Part shown: piece by piece, positions 50,061 through 64,000 of the stretch
How positions within the stretch are numbered: the stretch's first letter is position 1
Layout of the letters: each line of letters starts with the position of its first letter
Notes under the pieces: model-generated
Seen by the model: only the letters and a program-made list of their open reading frames with translations
What the model was told of the DNA's origin: nothing
Database searches by the model: none
Source: Octopus vulgaris
Lineage: Eukaryota
Length of the DNA: 64,000 nucleotides
Direction: 5' to 3'
Assembly (NCBI GenBank): GCA_951406725.2
Contig: OX597823.1
Span: 111,042,001-111,106,000 of the forward strand
Program-made: the position numbers and the translations under genes

Positions 50061-50832
50061 TCAATAGTTTTATTTTTATAGCGTGCTTTCACTTCACTAC
50101 CGAGCACAGCTCTGTGTGCCTTGGGTATGTGCTGTGATTTGTTGTGATGCTCTGATGGTTATTGTATGGAAAGTGTTCTGCGTAGGATGTGTGCAGTGTC
50201 TAGTAGTGCAATTTTCTGTATGTTATATGTGTTTGTAAGTCCTGGTGTTTTTGTTATGTATTTGCCTGAATACTTTTTTATCATGCCTAATGCACCTACT
50301 ATGATAGGAATTGTTTCTGTTTTCAGATTCCACATTCTAGTTACCTCTAATTCCAGGTCTTTGTATTTTGAGAGTTTCTCCATTTCTTTTAGAGACACGT
50401 TGTCATCAGCCGGTATTGATACATCAATTAGAAAGCATTTTTTTCTTCATGATCTCTGACAACTATATCTGGTATGTTGGCCTTAATTTCTCTATCTGTG
50501 TGTATCGGCATATCCCAGAGTATGGTTGCTTTCTCGTTTTCTGTGACCTTTTCTGGTGTGTGCCTATACCATCTTTTTTCTGTTGTTATTCCATAATGTT
50601 GGCATAGCTTCCAATGTATGTAGGTTCCAACTCTGTCATGTCTGTGAATATATTCCTTCTTAGCCAAGACTGGGCAGCTAGAGATAATATGATTTATTGT
50701 TTCTTGTCCATCTCCACATATTCTGCAGTTACTTGTAATATTTCTTTTCATTACATGTTTTTGGTAATTTCTGGTGGGGAGGCTTTGGTCTTTTGCTGCA
50801 ATTAAAAATCCCTCTGTTTCTGCTTTGAGTCC
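50061..50832 (-). mobile_element. 5'-truncated R4/Dong non-LTR retrotransposon in a (TAA)n target
   Basis: GLKAETEGFLIAAKDQSL..CRICGDGQETINHIISSCP..RHD..ILWD..ANIPDIVV../LIDVSIP..EKLSKYKDL..PIIVGALG; one frameshift; (TAA)n on both sides. Confidence 0.93.
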
Positions 50833-51423
50833 TTATTATTATTATTATTATTATAATGGAACTGGAAAAACTATTGTAAATCTATGTCTATTTATGCAGA
50901 AAATTAAGAGAAAATATGCAAAGAACAGTTTCATAAAGAAAACCATTAGTTAGGGTCAAAGCATTCCAAATGTGACAATCCCCACTTTCAAATTGTATAA
51001 CCAAAGACATCCTGTGTTGTTCTATAAGTTCAAAGATATTTCTTACAGTAATGAAGGGAAAAGATCTGCTGCAAATATCTAATAATTTAAAAATGCAAAT
51101 TCATATTTCAATTCTGAACAAGACATTATAAATAAAAGAATTATAAGAGAAATCAATATTGAAACCAATGAATGCAATATATGAAAAATCAACTGCAAGC
51201 TGGTCTATTTGGTCATATGTAATACATCCACCTGGCAATAATTTTCTTCCATACTTCTCCTTATTATCATTGTTCGTTTTCTTTTTCATCATATTTATTC
51301 ATTTCTCTCCTCTTTCTTATGTCTACATTTTCTTTCTTCTTTTTTATTTACTTGCAAAATCAATTTTAGAATAAAGGAAAAAGAGAGATATAAAGAAATG
51401 TAGGGCATATATGTATATATGTA

Positions 51424-51472
<49 letters not shown>

Positions 51473-51532
51473 TCTGTCAATATCTGTCTCACTTCTTAAC
51501 TATCTATCTATCTATCTATTTATCTATCTAAA

Positions 51533-51601
<69 letters not shown>

Positions 51602-51696
51602 CAAAATAAAAACATGATGCAAAGGATTTAGCGGTACATATGTTTCTGCTAAATGGCATATACAGGTGCTTACAAATATCAAGTATTCACCCTGAA

Positions 51697-51779
<83 letters not shown>

Positions 51780-52359
51780 AATAATATTCACTTGTTGCAA
51801 TATTTTAATATTCTCTTGGTATATGTGTGTGTGTGTGTGTGTGTGTGTCTAAGGAATAAATAGATGCATGAATGTGTATGCAATTAAGTGAAAGCCAGAA
51901 GTACTCAATACAGTGAAGTAGATAGGATAACGGGATGTTGAATAGATACAGGAAAATCTGAGTATCAACTTGTGAGATTTCATTTTGTAGAAATATACTA
52001 TGTGTAAGTATGTGAGTGCGTGTGTGTGTGTGTGTGTGAGTGCACGTTTGTCTATGTGTGTATGTGCAATGTATACATGTTTAACTTCAGTACATACCAA
52101 AATCTTGACTCCACTTATAAAATATCAATAATAAAGCTTACACATGTTTCAATGTACACTTAAAGTCAAGTCTATTAATCTCATTCATGATCATGATTGG
52201 GATCATCAGCATCAGCATCACCACCATCACCGCCATCACTACCGTTGTTATTGTTGTTGTTGCTGTTGTTATTATTATTATTGTTGTTGTCATTATTATC
52301 ATCATCATCTTCCGAAATTGCGTGTATACATGTGTATGTTTATACAACACATAGATACA

Positions 52360-52394
<35 letters not shown>

Positions 52395-53370
52395 ATATGT
52401 ATATATGGATATGGATATGTGTGTGTGTGTGTATTTATTTGTGTGTGTGTGAGTGTGTGTATTGTTTTTATCTCTTCCAACTCATTTATCAATGATAATA
52501 ACTTAAAAATAAAAAAAAAGTTAACAATAAAAATATAAACAATAAAAGAAATAGCAAAATATGAAATATAAGATAAAATATAAGGAAAAAAAATTCAGAG
52601 AAATCACGATTAGAGACATACGTTAAGTTGTATTTTCTTAATTTTATTCATTTATTATTTTCTTGTGTTTTTTTTTTCTTTCACATTTTTGCTTTTGTTT
52701 CTTTTTAAAAAGTTCTCTTCATTTGTTTATACATTGAAACAAGATCTTCACCAGAAAATCATTTCGCAAGAAACTTATCTCACAAAAATCTTTATCCAGC
52801 CATGTTTCTAACAAACAAAACATAGAAATAAATAAATAAATCTAGTGAAATAAATAAAAAGACAAAAATGAAACTATGTAAAAAAAAAAATAAACAATAA
52901 AGAAGAAAGAAATCTTTCGTGATAAACGCTTTGCACATACCAAATGCACATTCATGTATCTACATACAAGCATATATTCACATGAAATATATATATATAT
53001 TTATATGCATATATATATACCCATATATATATAAAATGCATGGACATATTTTATTAACATGAACATTGTATGTATTCAAACACAAAGATTGAGTAGAATT
53101 TTGTTTCCTTCCTTGAGTATATTTATGTATTTATATATAAATTTATTTATTTGTGCATTTATTTATTTATTTATTTATTTATTTATCTAGTTTTTTATTT
53201 ATTTATTTATCAGTATTTCAAATACAGAACTAGTTTCAGATAAAATATGATTTTTATTTTTTTATATATTTGTTTACTAAGAGAGCTACTTAGAAGGGAG
53301 ATCACCCAGACAAGATGAAATGATTTAGTTCTCAAAACTCTCACCAAGTATATATATATATATATATATG

Positions 53371-53418
<48 letters not shown>

Positions 53419-54023
53419 CCTTTATATATTGTCCCCATATTTATTCATGATTATATTTCCACACAATTTTTCTTCTGCTATCATCAGTCTTTTTTATTAT
53501 TAATGTTACATTTTATTATCATAGTCTTTTTTTTTTATTTAATATTATCATTATATATATATATATTATTCTTTTTTTTGTCATTTCAAATCAGTTGCTA
53601 TTTTTCATCTTGTATAGGAAAACTGAAAACATATTCAGATATTATTATTATTAATCAGAATATAACAGCAACTCCATACATACATCCAAACACATACATG
53701 CCCATTACATACATATACATACATATACATACACACATACACACATATATCCATGTATATATTAATGCTTACACACATATACATAATTGTTTGCATTGAA
53801 TGTTTTACTCTTCAGAGATTTTCAGTGTGAAATATTCTCCAATAGAAATAAATATAATAAATGTTTTTTCTTTCTTTTTTATCGTTATTTATTTATTCTT
53901 TTTTTGTTTTTGCATAAAACATTTGCAACAGAGAGATACAAATCTGTACTTTTTCATCTTACTATAAATTTTTTCTCTTTATTTTTGTCTCTTTCCCATT
54001 CCTCTTACATATAGTTATGTATG

Positions 54024-54060
<37 letters not shown>

Positions 54061-54182
54061 CATACATACATACACATGCACACATATATACATGTATATA
54101 CATATATACATGTATATACATATATGCATGTATATGCATATATATTTATTTATGCAATTACAGTTGTTGTTACTGTTAAGTT

Positions 54183-54206
54183 TATTATTATTATTATTAT
54201 TATGAC

Positions 54207-54257
<51 letters not shown>

Positions 54258-54280
54258 CATCATCATCATCATTATTATTA

Positions 54281-54339
<59 letters not shown>

Positions 54340-54352
54340 ATTATTGTTATTA
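54183..54352. repeat. (ATT)n/(ATC)n microsatellite
   Basis: Directly visible. Confidence 0.95.
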
Positions 54353-54642
54353 TTTAAAACTTCTTTATCTAACCGAAAGCGGGTAGAAGAGATAAAAATA
54401 TAAAAGAAAATGAAATGAAATAATAAAACATATGGCAAATTTCGGTGTGTATGTAAAGAATTAGAAAAGAAAACTATAAAAAAAAAAGAATGTAAAAATT
54501 AGTGGAAAAAATCATATAAATATGAATTTCACAACTATAAGGAAGAATCATTACATATATACACAAGTATATATATATATATATGTGTCCATGTATCTAT
54601 ATATATATATGTGTCCATATATGCATGCATCTATATATATAT

Positions 54643-54685
<43 letters not shown>

Positions 54686-55261
54686 CATGTATATATGTAT
54701 GTGTATGTTTGTATACATATATATGTATCTATCATTCTATCTATCTATCTATCTAGATATATGTATATATATATATATATATATACATATATATGTATAT
54801 ATGGGTGTATGAATACTTGCTTATATGTATGTATACAAAACAAAATTTTGGGGGTATGCAGAAAATATCTTTTTTTTTTTTGATGGGGTGGTGGTGGTGG
54901 AAATGGGGGGTATTTTTGTTGCTGTTCAAATATTAATGCGAAAACTATATAGAATGGTCATAATAACCACAGATGTATCAGTTAAGAATAAGCATGTATT
55001 TTTATGGCAACAGAAATCTAAACAATTTTCCATGCAGACATTGTCATAATAATATAAATATGAGTTTGGGCTTCATTTTTTTTTGTTTTTTTTTGTTGTT
55101 TTTGCTTGAATTTATTTGAGTTTATTTTTATGTTTATCTGTAGTTTTTCAAATTTCTACATTCATTTTATTGCTTTTGTAGATTATCTAATGATGTTGTT
55201 GCATTCGCATATATATATATACATATATATATATATGTGTGTATATATATATACACATATA

Positions 55262-55319
<58 letters not shown>

Positions 55320-55977
55320 TATAAATACACATATATAAATACACATATATATATACATATATATATAATATATGCATGTAGATATGTAGATATGTATACA
55401 TATTTGTGTAGAGTTGTATATATATAATCACACATACATATATATATATATATATATGTACATAGATGTATGCATACTTGTGTAGCAGTATATATATATA
55501 TACATGCATGCATATATACACGCTCATATATATTGTGTATTGCTTTTTGTTTATTATTTTTTCAATTTTGTAAATCTACTTTTTTAATTTATTATTATTA
55601 TTATTAGTAGTATTATTATTAGTATTGTTGTTGTTATCATCACTACCATCATCATCATCATGATCAGCAGCAGCAGTAGCAGCAGCATTTTTCTGTTCTT
55701 CATTGTTTTTTTTTTGTTTTTTTATTTACTATTATAATATGATTCTACTTCAATAATATCTTTCATAAACACCTCTTTTGTAATACAATTACGAAAATAT
55801 TTAAGAACCCGACAAAGGAAGGTTAAACCAGTTTAGATTTCTGCAAATATCAAATAGCAAATGTGTGATGCTACCAAAGAGTGTTTTTGTATTTGTTTTT
55901 TCGTTTTGTTTTATTATTTATTTTGTTGTATTTATTCTGTGCCAATTTTTTTTTATCTTTTCTCCTCTTATCAATAC

Positions 55978-56085
55978 ATTATGCAACTCCATTTTCTGAG
56001 ATGGTGTGAGATCTATCCTCACACATTTATCATAAACCTCCCTCACATTTCCTTTCTCATATCCTTCCCCATTGCTGATGTTCAC
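55978..56085 (-). other. Candidate 108-nt exon
   Basis: Acceptor TACTTTATATACAG; purine-rich open frame VNISNGEGYEKGNVREVYDKCVRIDLTPSQKMELHN; weak donor GTATTG. Confidence 0.25.
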
Positions 56086-56426
56086 CTGTATATAAAGTAA
56101 TATACTCACAGGAATGTAAAGTTTTATTAAACTAGATAACTCTTTTGAATTTTCTGATTTTGTCACCAGAACATTGTCATTTATTTTGTAAAACTCAACA
56201 TGATTTTTAGAACAGCACAGTGGTTCTGATTATGTAGTTATTTCATTAATTCAAATATCATATGCTTTAGTATTCTGCAAATAAAGATCCAATATATTTA
56301 ATCATTGTAAAATAACTTGTCCATAACATCCGCTTGATGTACTGCACAAAGAATGTGGCAATCTCTTTCGAATTCAACATATACATGCATATTTCATACA
56401 TGCTTATATCTGTATATGTGTGTGTG

Positions 56427-56462
<36 letters not shown>

Positions 56463-56562
56463 CATTTGTGCATGTATATATATAGATAGATGTAGATACA
56501 TAAATACATATCTACGTATGTATGTTTGCATGTATGTATGCATTTATATATGTATCTATATT

Positions 56563-56967
56563 ACTCTTTTTACTCTTTTACTTGTTTCAGTCATTTGACT
56601 GTGGCCATGCTGGAGCACCGCCTTTAGTCGAGCAAATCGGCCCCGGGACTTATTCTTTGTAAGCCCAGTACTTATTCTATCGGTCTCTTTTGCCGAACCG
56701 CTAAGTGACGGGGACATAAACACACCAGCATCGGTTGTCAAGCAATGCTAGGGGGTCAAACACAGACACACAAACACACACATACATACATGTATATATA
56801 TACATATATACGACAGGCTTCTTTCAGTTTCCGTCTACCAAATCCACTCACAAGGCTTTGGTCGGCCCGGGGCTATAGCAGAAGACACTTGCCCAAGATG
56901 CCACGCAGTGGGACTGAACCCGGAACCATGTGGTTGGTTAGCAAGCTACTAACCACACAGCCACTCC
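56563..56967 (-). mobile_element. SINE family A, young copy with a 103-bp flanking direct repeat
   Basis: 56459-56561 equals 56968-57070 except for one base. Confidence 0.92.
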
Positions 56968-57406
56968 TGTTCATTTGTGCATGTATATGTATAGATAGAT
57001 GTAGATACATAAATACATATCTACGTATGTATGTTTGCATGTATGTATGCATTTATATATGTATCTATATAGGCATATTTGTATTAATATATTGACACAG
57101 GGATAGCTGTGTGGTTATAAGGTCTTCGGTTCAGTCCCACTATGGGCTACCTTGTGCAAGTGTCTTCTACTATAGCCCTAGGCTGACCAAACGTTTCTGA
57201 CTGAGTTTGGTAGATGAAAACTGAAAGAAGCACTTTGTATGTGCATATCACTTAGTACTTTTATGTCTTTCTATCTGTCTATCTACCTCTCTTTCTCTAT
57301 TTCACTCTCCTTATGTGTATATATATATACATCTACATATATATATATTATATGTATATATTTATATATATACATACATACACACGTGCATACATACATA
57401 CATATA

Positions 57407-57436
<30 letters not shown>

Positions 57437-57437
<1 letters not shown>

Positions 57438-57676
57438 GGCATGTAAAAAGCACCAACCAATCATGGCCATTGCCAGCCTCCCCTGGCATGTCAAAAGCAC
57501 CCAGTGCACTCACAGAGTGGTTGGTGTTAGGAAGGGCATCCAGCTGTAGAAACACTGTCAGATCAGACTGGAGCCAGGTGCAGCCTCATGGCTTCCCAAA
57601 CCCTGGTCGAACCGTCCAACCCATGCTAGCAGGGAAAACGGACGTTAAACGATGAAGATGATGATGGTGATGATGA
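57437..57676 (+). mobile_element. Family F 3' end
   Basis: GTTAGGAAGGGCATCCAGCTGTAGAAAC..CCAACCCATGCTAGC..GGACGTTAAAC(GAT)n. Confidence 0.85.
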
Positions 57677-58084
57677 TATATACATGCATACATATTGATT
57701 CTCCAAATCCAATTTATTAGTGGCACAGTGAAGATTTGCGAGGCATTCCAAAGGTTCATCATCTGAGATTCTTTTGTTGAATAGACGTACACATTTGGAT
57801 GTGTTCTTCAATAGTTCAACCAACACACCAACTCACCCCACATATTTACAAATACTGGGAACTGTCTTTGCTTATAAATGTCTTGTCACTTTGTCATCAG
57901 CATCACCACCATTGCCATCATTATCTTCACTTGTCATCGTCGTCGCCGTCGTCGTCATCATAGTTGCTGTTCAGATTGTCAGCATTGCCATTGGCTGCTG
58001 CAGCAATGGTTATTGTTGCTATTGGTGGTGGTGGTCAGCAGCAGCGGTCAACAGCATCAATCAGTGGCAGTATTGACAGAGTTA

Positions 58085-58410
58085 GCATCGTTGTCCCCGT
58101 CATCATCGTCATCATTATCATTATCATCATCTTTATTATCGTCGTCGTCATCATCAGCATCATCATCATCACTATCACCGTCATCATCACTTTTATCACC
58201 AACAACACCAACACCACCATGTCACCCTTTTTGTCATCATCATCATCATCATCATCATCATCGTCATCGTCGTCGTCGTCGTCATCATCATTCATCATCA
58301 TTGTCATCAACATCATCATCATCGTCATCACTATCACTGTTTACATCACGACAGTTATCACCAACACCACCAACCTCACCATGTCACCCTAATTGCTGTA
58401 ATCATCATTC

Positions 58411-58441
<31 letters not shown>

Positions 58442-58790
58442 TATCGTCATAATTTTCATCACTGTTATCATCATCATCATTGTCGTCGTCGTCGTCGTCA
58501 TCATCATCATCATCGTCATCACTATCATTGTTTTCATCACGTCACTGTTATCACGAATACCACCAACCTCACCATGTCACCGTTATTGCCATCATCATCA
58601 TTCTCGTCATCATCTTCATCAATGCTGTCATCATCATCATCATCATCATCATTGTCATCATTATTATCATCATCACCATCACTGTTAACACCAACACCAC
58701 CATGTCACATTTATTGTCGTCATTGTCATTCCCGTCATCATCTTTATCAGTGTTGTCATCATCATCATCAACATCATCGTCATTATAATC
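58085..58790. repeat. (TCA/TCG)n compound array with four dispersed copies of a ~30-bp anchor
   Basis: TTATCACCAACACCACCAACCTCACCATGTCAC-like anchor near 58193, 58356, 58547 and 58685. Confidence 0.85.
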
Positions 58791-59379
58791 ACCCTGTGAT
58801 GTAATTGCACGCGATTGTCAATCAATGAAATTGGGTGTGCAAATACAAATATATGTTAATATGCCTGAAAATGTGTAAATATAAATGTTTGTGAGTGTGA
58901 CTGTTTGTGACTACATGTGAATACGTGAGTTTGCACTTGTGTATATGGGATTATGTGAAAATTGTGTATGTATGTAACATGCTTTTGAGTTATAGTGAGG
59001 ATGTAATTGAGTCAGTGCAAGTGATCGTGTCTCTCTGTGCATTACTGTGTGTGTACATGTATGTGACTATATCTTCTGTAAGATACCATTTGTATGTTTT
59101 TATGTGTCCATATATTATTCTGGTGTGTATGTGTGTGCTTGTGTGTGTTTGAGAATGACACTAAGTGTGAGATAGTGTGTATGCACGAGTGGATCAACGT
59201 GTGCATGCAGATGTATCTGTGCACCAGAGGAAATGTATCTCTGTATGGATGTCTGCATATGTGAATATGTATGTGAATTTTTAAGTCTATTTGTACATCC
59301 ATATATATATATATATATGTATTTATGTACAACTGCTGTATAAGATGTATATGCGTATGACTCTCTCTCTCTCTCTCCG

Positions 59380-59457
<78 letters not shown>

Positions 59458-59759
59458 TATATACATATATATACACACACACATATATATATATATACAT
59501 ACATATATATATACATAAGTATGTATGTGTGTATGAATTTATGTATGTGTCTCTCTAGATACAAACACATTGGTAGATATGTTTTAGCTATATTCTTTAT
59601 TACCATAGTAACCAGAACTGCACTTTCAACCCATCAATGCATATTTCTTCAGAATTCCGTTTTTTTTTATTCATTTTTGTTTATTTTATTCAGTTATTAT
59701 TTATTTATATTTTGTCCAAAAACTCACTGTATTGTGAAGATAAAACTAATAATTCTTAC

Positions 59760-59793
59760 GACGGCATGTTCCTAACTGCCTTGAAGTATTTCA
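59760..59793 (-). other. Candidate 34-nt exon
   Basis: TTTGCTCTTTGACCTTGCAG|TGAAATAC...CCGTC|GTAAGA. Confidence 0.25.
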
Positions 59794-59894
59794 CTGCAAG
59801 GTCAAAGAGCAAACTGCAGCAATTATCATATAGGCAATAAGAAAATATAGAAATGTAATATATTAAAATAGTAGCATTTCAGGTTAGCATAACC

Positions 59895-59925
<31 letters not shown>

Positions 59926-60500
59926 ATTGGTGGTGGTGGTGGTGGTGGTGGTGGTGGTGGTGGTGGTAGTGGTGATGATGGTAGCGGTGGTGATGGTGGA
60001 GGTGATGGTAGTGGTGGTGGTGGTGGTAGTGGTGGTGGTGGTGGTGGTGGTGGTAGTGGTGGGTGGTGGTGGTGGTGGTGGTGATGGTAATGGTAGTGTT
60101 GGTGGTGGTGGTGGTGGTGATGGTAGCAGTGGTGGTGGTGATGATAGTGGTGGTGGTGGTGATGGTAGTGGTAGTGGTGATGATGGTAGTGGTGGTGGTG
60201 GTGGTGGTGGTGGTGATGGTAGTGGTGATGATGGTAGCGGTGGTGGTGTTGGTGGTGATGGTAGTGGTGGTGGTGGTGGTGGTGATGGTGGTAGTGGTGG
60301 TGATAGTGGTGGTGGCAGTGGTGGCAGTGGTTGTGATGGTGGTGGTGGTGAAGACGACAACAATGACAATGATGAAGAGGAGGATGATGACGACAACGAC
60401 GATGTCAACAACGGGGACAACTACCACCACCACCACCACCGCCACCACAACCACCACCACTATCATCATCATCATTACCATCATCGTCAACAACAGCAAC
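59895..60500. repeat. (AGT)n/(GGT)n/(GAC)n/(CCA)n low-complexity array
   Basis: Directly visible. Confidence 0.95.
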
Positions 60501-60609
60501 AAAGCAGTGAGGTGGAAGAATTGTTTGCACGTCAGACCTGATGCCGAGCAGCACATCTCCTGAGTAGATTGGGTAAAAGAAAAGGCAGAGCCTATTGAGT
60601 GTATAAATT

Positions 60610-60958
60610 ACAAGCATTATGCTTTTAGGGCCTCGTTTTTGCAGTGACAAGCAAGATCTTGAAGAGCAAAGAGAAACACCAATCATTTCAGTCCAATGAC
60701 ATTTCCATCATGAGACCCAAATTCTTAAGATTAACAGCGACTACTTTGTTCCATGTCTTCTGCAAGTTCTATCCACTTCAAGCAATCAGCACTTCTTTAT
60801 ACAGTTGCTGTCATCCCCATGCATCCATATGCATCAGGTGACCATGCCCAGCATTTGTCTCTTAGACATTACATCTGCTTCCTCACATGACCAATTTTTC
60901 TCCCTAGATTTTCACTTAGTTGTATATGAGCATAGATGTTGCATTCCCATTGCAACAT
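60610..60958 (-). pseudogene. Degenerate RTE-clade LINE 3' end
   Basis: Minus strand MLQWECNI..GHLMHMD..SNCIKKC*LLEV..KTWNKVV..NLKNLGL..DW follows the RTE C-terminal pattern MLRWMC..GHVMRM..KKC..KTW..DL..LGL..DR..W. Confidence 0.65.
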
Positions 60959-61029
60959 ACCAACACAAACAAGGACATATGCATACGTACATACATACAC
61001 ACATATACATATATATATATATATATATG

Positions 61030-61172
61030 TAATTAGGGTTCACCACACAGCAAAGTTTAGAAATAGCAATCAAAAATCTTAGCTATTCCTTCTACTTTAA
61101 AGCTAAGATTTTTTGACTGCTATTTCTAAACTTCGGTGTGTGGTGAAGCAAATCGTTCCTGAACCCTAATTA
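61030..61172. mobile_element. Palindromic hairpin MITE
   Basis: TAATTAGGGTTCA/TGAACCCTAATTA termini; AAGTTTAGAAATAGCAATCAAAAATCTTAGCT pairs with AGCTAAGATTTTTTGACTGCTATTTCTAAACTT. Confidence 0.8.
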
Positions 61173-61298
61173 TATAAGTATTACTTAAACTTACCATGAA
61201 ATGGTCTTTTTTCATGCCGAATTCTACTTGGTGAAATTATTGATTACTTCTTGATTAATTAATTTCACCCTTTGTTATTATATATATATATATATATA

Positions 61299-61678
61299 CT
61301 AGTACAATATCACCTGGTGTTGCTCGGGTTTGTTTCGACCCTTGAGAATTGGAATTTTTTAAAAGTAAAAATTTTGCATTATGTAGCTTGTTATTCTCTT
61401 TAAGTGAACATTTTTCTGTTTGAAATACACCGAAAAATGGCAACACAGCAGTAAAAAAATCATAAAAAATAGGGATTCACATACGAAAAAAACACCTTTT
61501 TGATGTAAATAATTTTTGGTGTTAACATGGTCAAATTTGAATTTTTGCTTCTACTGAAGGAAGAGCAAACCTTCTTCTATCATACTCTCAATTTTGGTCA
61601 ACTTGCGCCACAGGGTCTTGGAGGACATAGTGTTATTTGAAGGCTACAAAACCTGCCATACACAGACAACTTCAGCTT

Positions 61679-61684
<6 letters not shown>
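61299..61684 (-). mobile_element. Non-autonomous Helitron, second copy
   Basis: Reverse complement of 40494-40885 with CTAG end and subterminal hairpin. Confidence 0.88.
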
Positions 61685-61721
<37 letters not shown>

Positions 61722-61726
<5 letters not shown>

Positions 61727-62215
61727 CGTCATTTATCATCATTTAATGACTGCCTTCCATACTGGTATGAGTAGGACAGTTTGACAGGGAAATGGTGAAC
61801 TGCAGGGCTGTGTTAGGCTCCAGTATCATCTTTGGCATAGTTTCTACAGCTTGATCATCATCCTCATCATCATCATCATCATCATCATTACCATCATCGT
61901 TTAAGGTCTTCCTTCCATGCTGGCATGGATTGGAGGGTTTGACAGGAGCTGGCCATGCAGAAGCCAGCACCATACTCCTGAGTCTGTTTTGGAATGGTTT
62001 TTATGGCTGGATGCCCTCTCTAACACTACCCACCCCGCACAGTGGGCTCAGTGCTTTTTATGTGGCACTATCACAGATCAGGTCAGTTTTGGCATGGTTT
62101 CTATAGCTGGATGCCCTTCCAAATGCCAACCACTTTACAGTGAGGACTGGATGCTTTTTTCAAGTGGCACCAGCACTGGCTAGGTCACTAAGTAACTTGC
62201 AAGACAAGAAATCAT
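61722..62215 (-). mobile_element. Two nested or tandem family F-like tails
   Basis: CCTTCCAT(A/G)CTGG..TTTGACAGG..GGCAT(A/G)GTTTCTA(C/T)AGCT occurs repeatedly. Confidence 0.65.
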
Positions 62216-62255
62216 TGAGAAGAGAGAGAGCATTGGAGGAGGTGCTCTTGTGTAA

Positions 62256-62487
62256 GGCAGCAATCTGGCAGAAACGTTAGAACACTGGCGAAATGCTTAT
62301 CGGTATTTCGCCTGCTGTTACGTTCTGAGTTCAAATTCCGCCGAGGTCAACCTTGCCTTTCATCCTTTCAGGGTCGATAAATAAAGTACCAGTTTCGCAC
62401 TGGGGTCGATACAATCGACTTAATCCCTTTGTCTGTCGTTGTTTGTCCTCTCTGTGTTTAGCCCCTTGTGGGTAGTAAAGAAATAAG
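62256..62487 (+). mobile_element. SINE family B
   Basis: Family B match. Confidence 0.88.
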
Positions 62488-62499
62488 AAAAGTAGGAGA

Positions 62500-62930
62500 A
62501 GGAAAGTAAAAAAATGCTCCCACTGCAAAGAAGGATTACTTGGGAAGGGGAAGGAGAAGATGGGTGGCTGTATACCAGGTGTCAAAAGGGACAAGTACAG
62601 GTATCTTGTTATAGAGGAGATATTGGGATGAAGGAGAGAAGAAGAGGATAGTGATTGGGTGCTAGAGCAAACACTCAAGGAACAAGAAAGTGAGCATAAG
62701 AGAGGAGAAGAATGGTGAGTGATGGGAGGAGATGAGGGAGTGGATATTTTCTTAAGAGTGCAAGAAGGGAATAAACAGGTGGAGGTAAGGGTTGGTGCAG
62801 TAAGTAAAAAAAACAAAGGTTGGTGTGCAGATGATGGGAAATGCCAGTATGTGGAGGGATCAGGTGGGAAATATAGAAGGAGCTGAGGAAGAGGAGTAGA
62901 ACAATGTGTAAAGTGTAGGAGCTGTGAAGA
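62500..62930 (-). mobile_element. Possible highly decayed PLE/LINE coding remnant
   Basis: Strong purine skew; minus-strand LLHPNISSI..PPIFSFPFPS is loosely like the PLE RT-EN linker. Confidence 0.25.
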
Positions 62931-63237
62931 AGAATTGATAAGAATACATAATGGACTAAATGCAGCTAATAAAATTTCAACTTGTTATTTGAATCTCTTG
63001 ATATATATATATATGTATATATTAGAAGATTTGGAGATGATGTACAGGTATTTTATATTAGAAGAAATGAGGTACTTCGAAATTTGGATGGTTTTATATT
63101 TACAGATATTTATTTGTGTATTACATGTTTTTATACATCATATATCATATGTTAGCATTTTCGTCCATTCTAATGAAGTTGTCAAATTGAACTGTATGTA
63201 TGCATACATACATACACATATACATACATATATATAG

Positions 63238-63270
<33 letters not shown>

Positions 63271-63636
63271 CTTGTTTCAGTCATGAGACTTCAGCCATGC
63301 TGGAACACTGCCTCTCCTCAAACAAACTGACCCCAGGACTTATCCTATGTAAGCCTAGTAATTATTTTATCGGTCTCTTTTTCTGTACCACTAATTTATG
63401 GGGATGTAAACACACCAACATCTCTTGTCAAGTGTTGGTGGGGGAGACAAACACAGTCACACAAATTTATATAAACATGTGATGGGCTTCTTTCAGTTAC
63501 CGCCTACCAATGCCACTCACATGGCTTTGGTCAGCACGAGGATATAGTAGGAGACACTTGCCAAAGGTGCTATGAGACCGAACCTGGGACCATATGGTTG
63601 GGAAGCAAGCTTCTTACCACACAGTCACTCCTGTGC
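63271..63636 (-). mobile_element. SINE family A, diverged
   Basis: Reverse-complement match to family A. Confidence 0.8.
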
Positions 63637-63719
63637 ATGTATATATATATATGCATATACACATAGAAATATATAGAAGTAGATAGCTAATAGGTAGATA
63701 GACATAATGACAGAACATG

Positions 63720-63753
<34 letters not shown>

Positions 63754-63868
63754 GAGATAGAGAGAAATATCATAGTCATGCTTTGCATGACTTTACATTT
63801 AAGCAGGAAATATTGTTGGTGTATATATATATATATATATACACACACATATATGTATACATACTTAT

Positions 63869-63914
<46 letters not shown>

Positions 63915-63967
63915 GTGTGTGTATATATATATATACATATATATAAGTGTATATATATATATATATA

Positions 63968-63998
<31 letters not shown>

Positions 63999-64000
63999 GT

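Noticed and set aside
57878-58804. 308-aa Ser/His-rich ORF
   Set aside because: A (TCA)n-derived array open in multiple frames.
59927-60541. Gly-rich/acidic/His-rich ORF resembling a structural protein
   Set aside because: Compound GGT/GAT/CAC microsatellite with no true ATG or signal peptide.

Overview
AT-rich, microsatellite-dense eukaryotic DNA. The repeat families look like those of coleoid cephalopods (Octopus); this is inferred from recall, not from a search. No intact or recognisable host gene is present, and almost all ORFs in the supplied track are translations of (TA)n, (CA)n, (CATA)n, (GGT)n and (GAT)n repeats. The window is a mosaic of tRNA-derived SINE families, decayed LINE 3' ends (two R4/Dong-type, CR1, RTE), DNA transposon derivatives (piggyBac, Tc1/mariner, pogo-like, hAT MITE), two non-autonomous Helitrons and Penelope-like element (PLE) pieces. 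The most striking signal is a PLE at 34550-35321. Its GIY-YIG ORF is followed by a tRNA-like Pol III head, (AAT)n and a minimal type I hammerhead ribozyme motif, and the same tRNA+hammerhead unit occurs solo at 16234-16514. A second short family carries a non-canonical hammerhead core (CUGUNGA). Also notable are a near-identical ~218-bp inverted duplication 8.3 kb apart, a ~315-nt foldback, a 103-bp target-site duplication, and several minus-strand exon-like islands that may form a spliced, probably non-coding, transcript.
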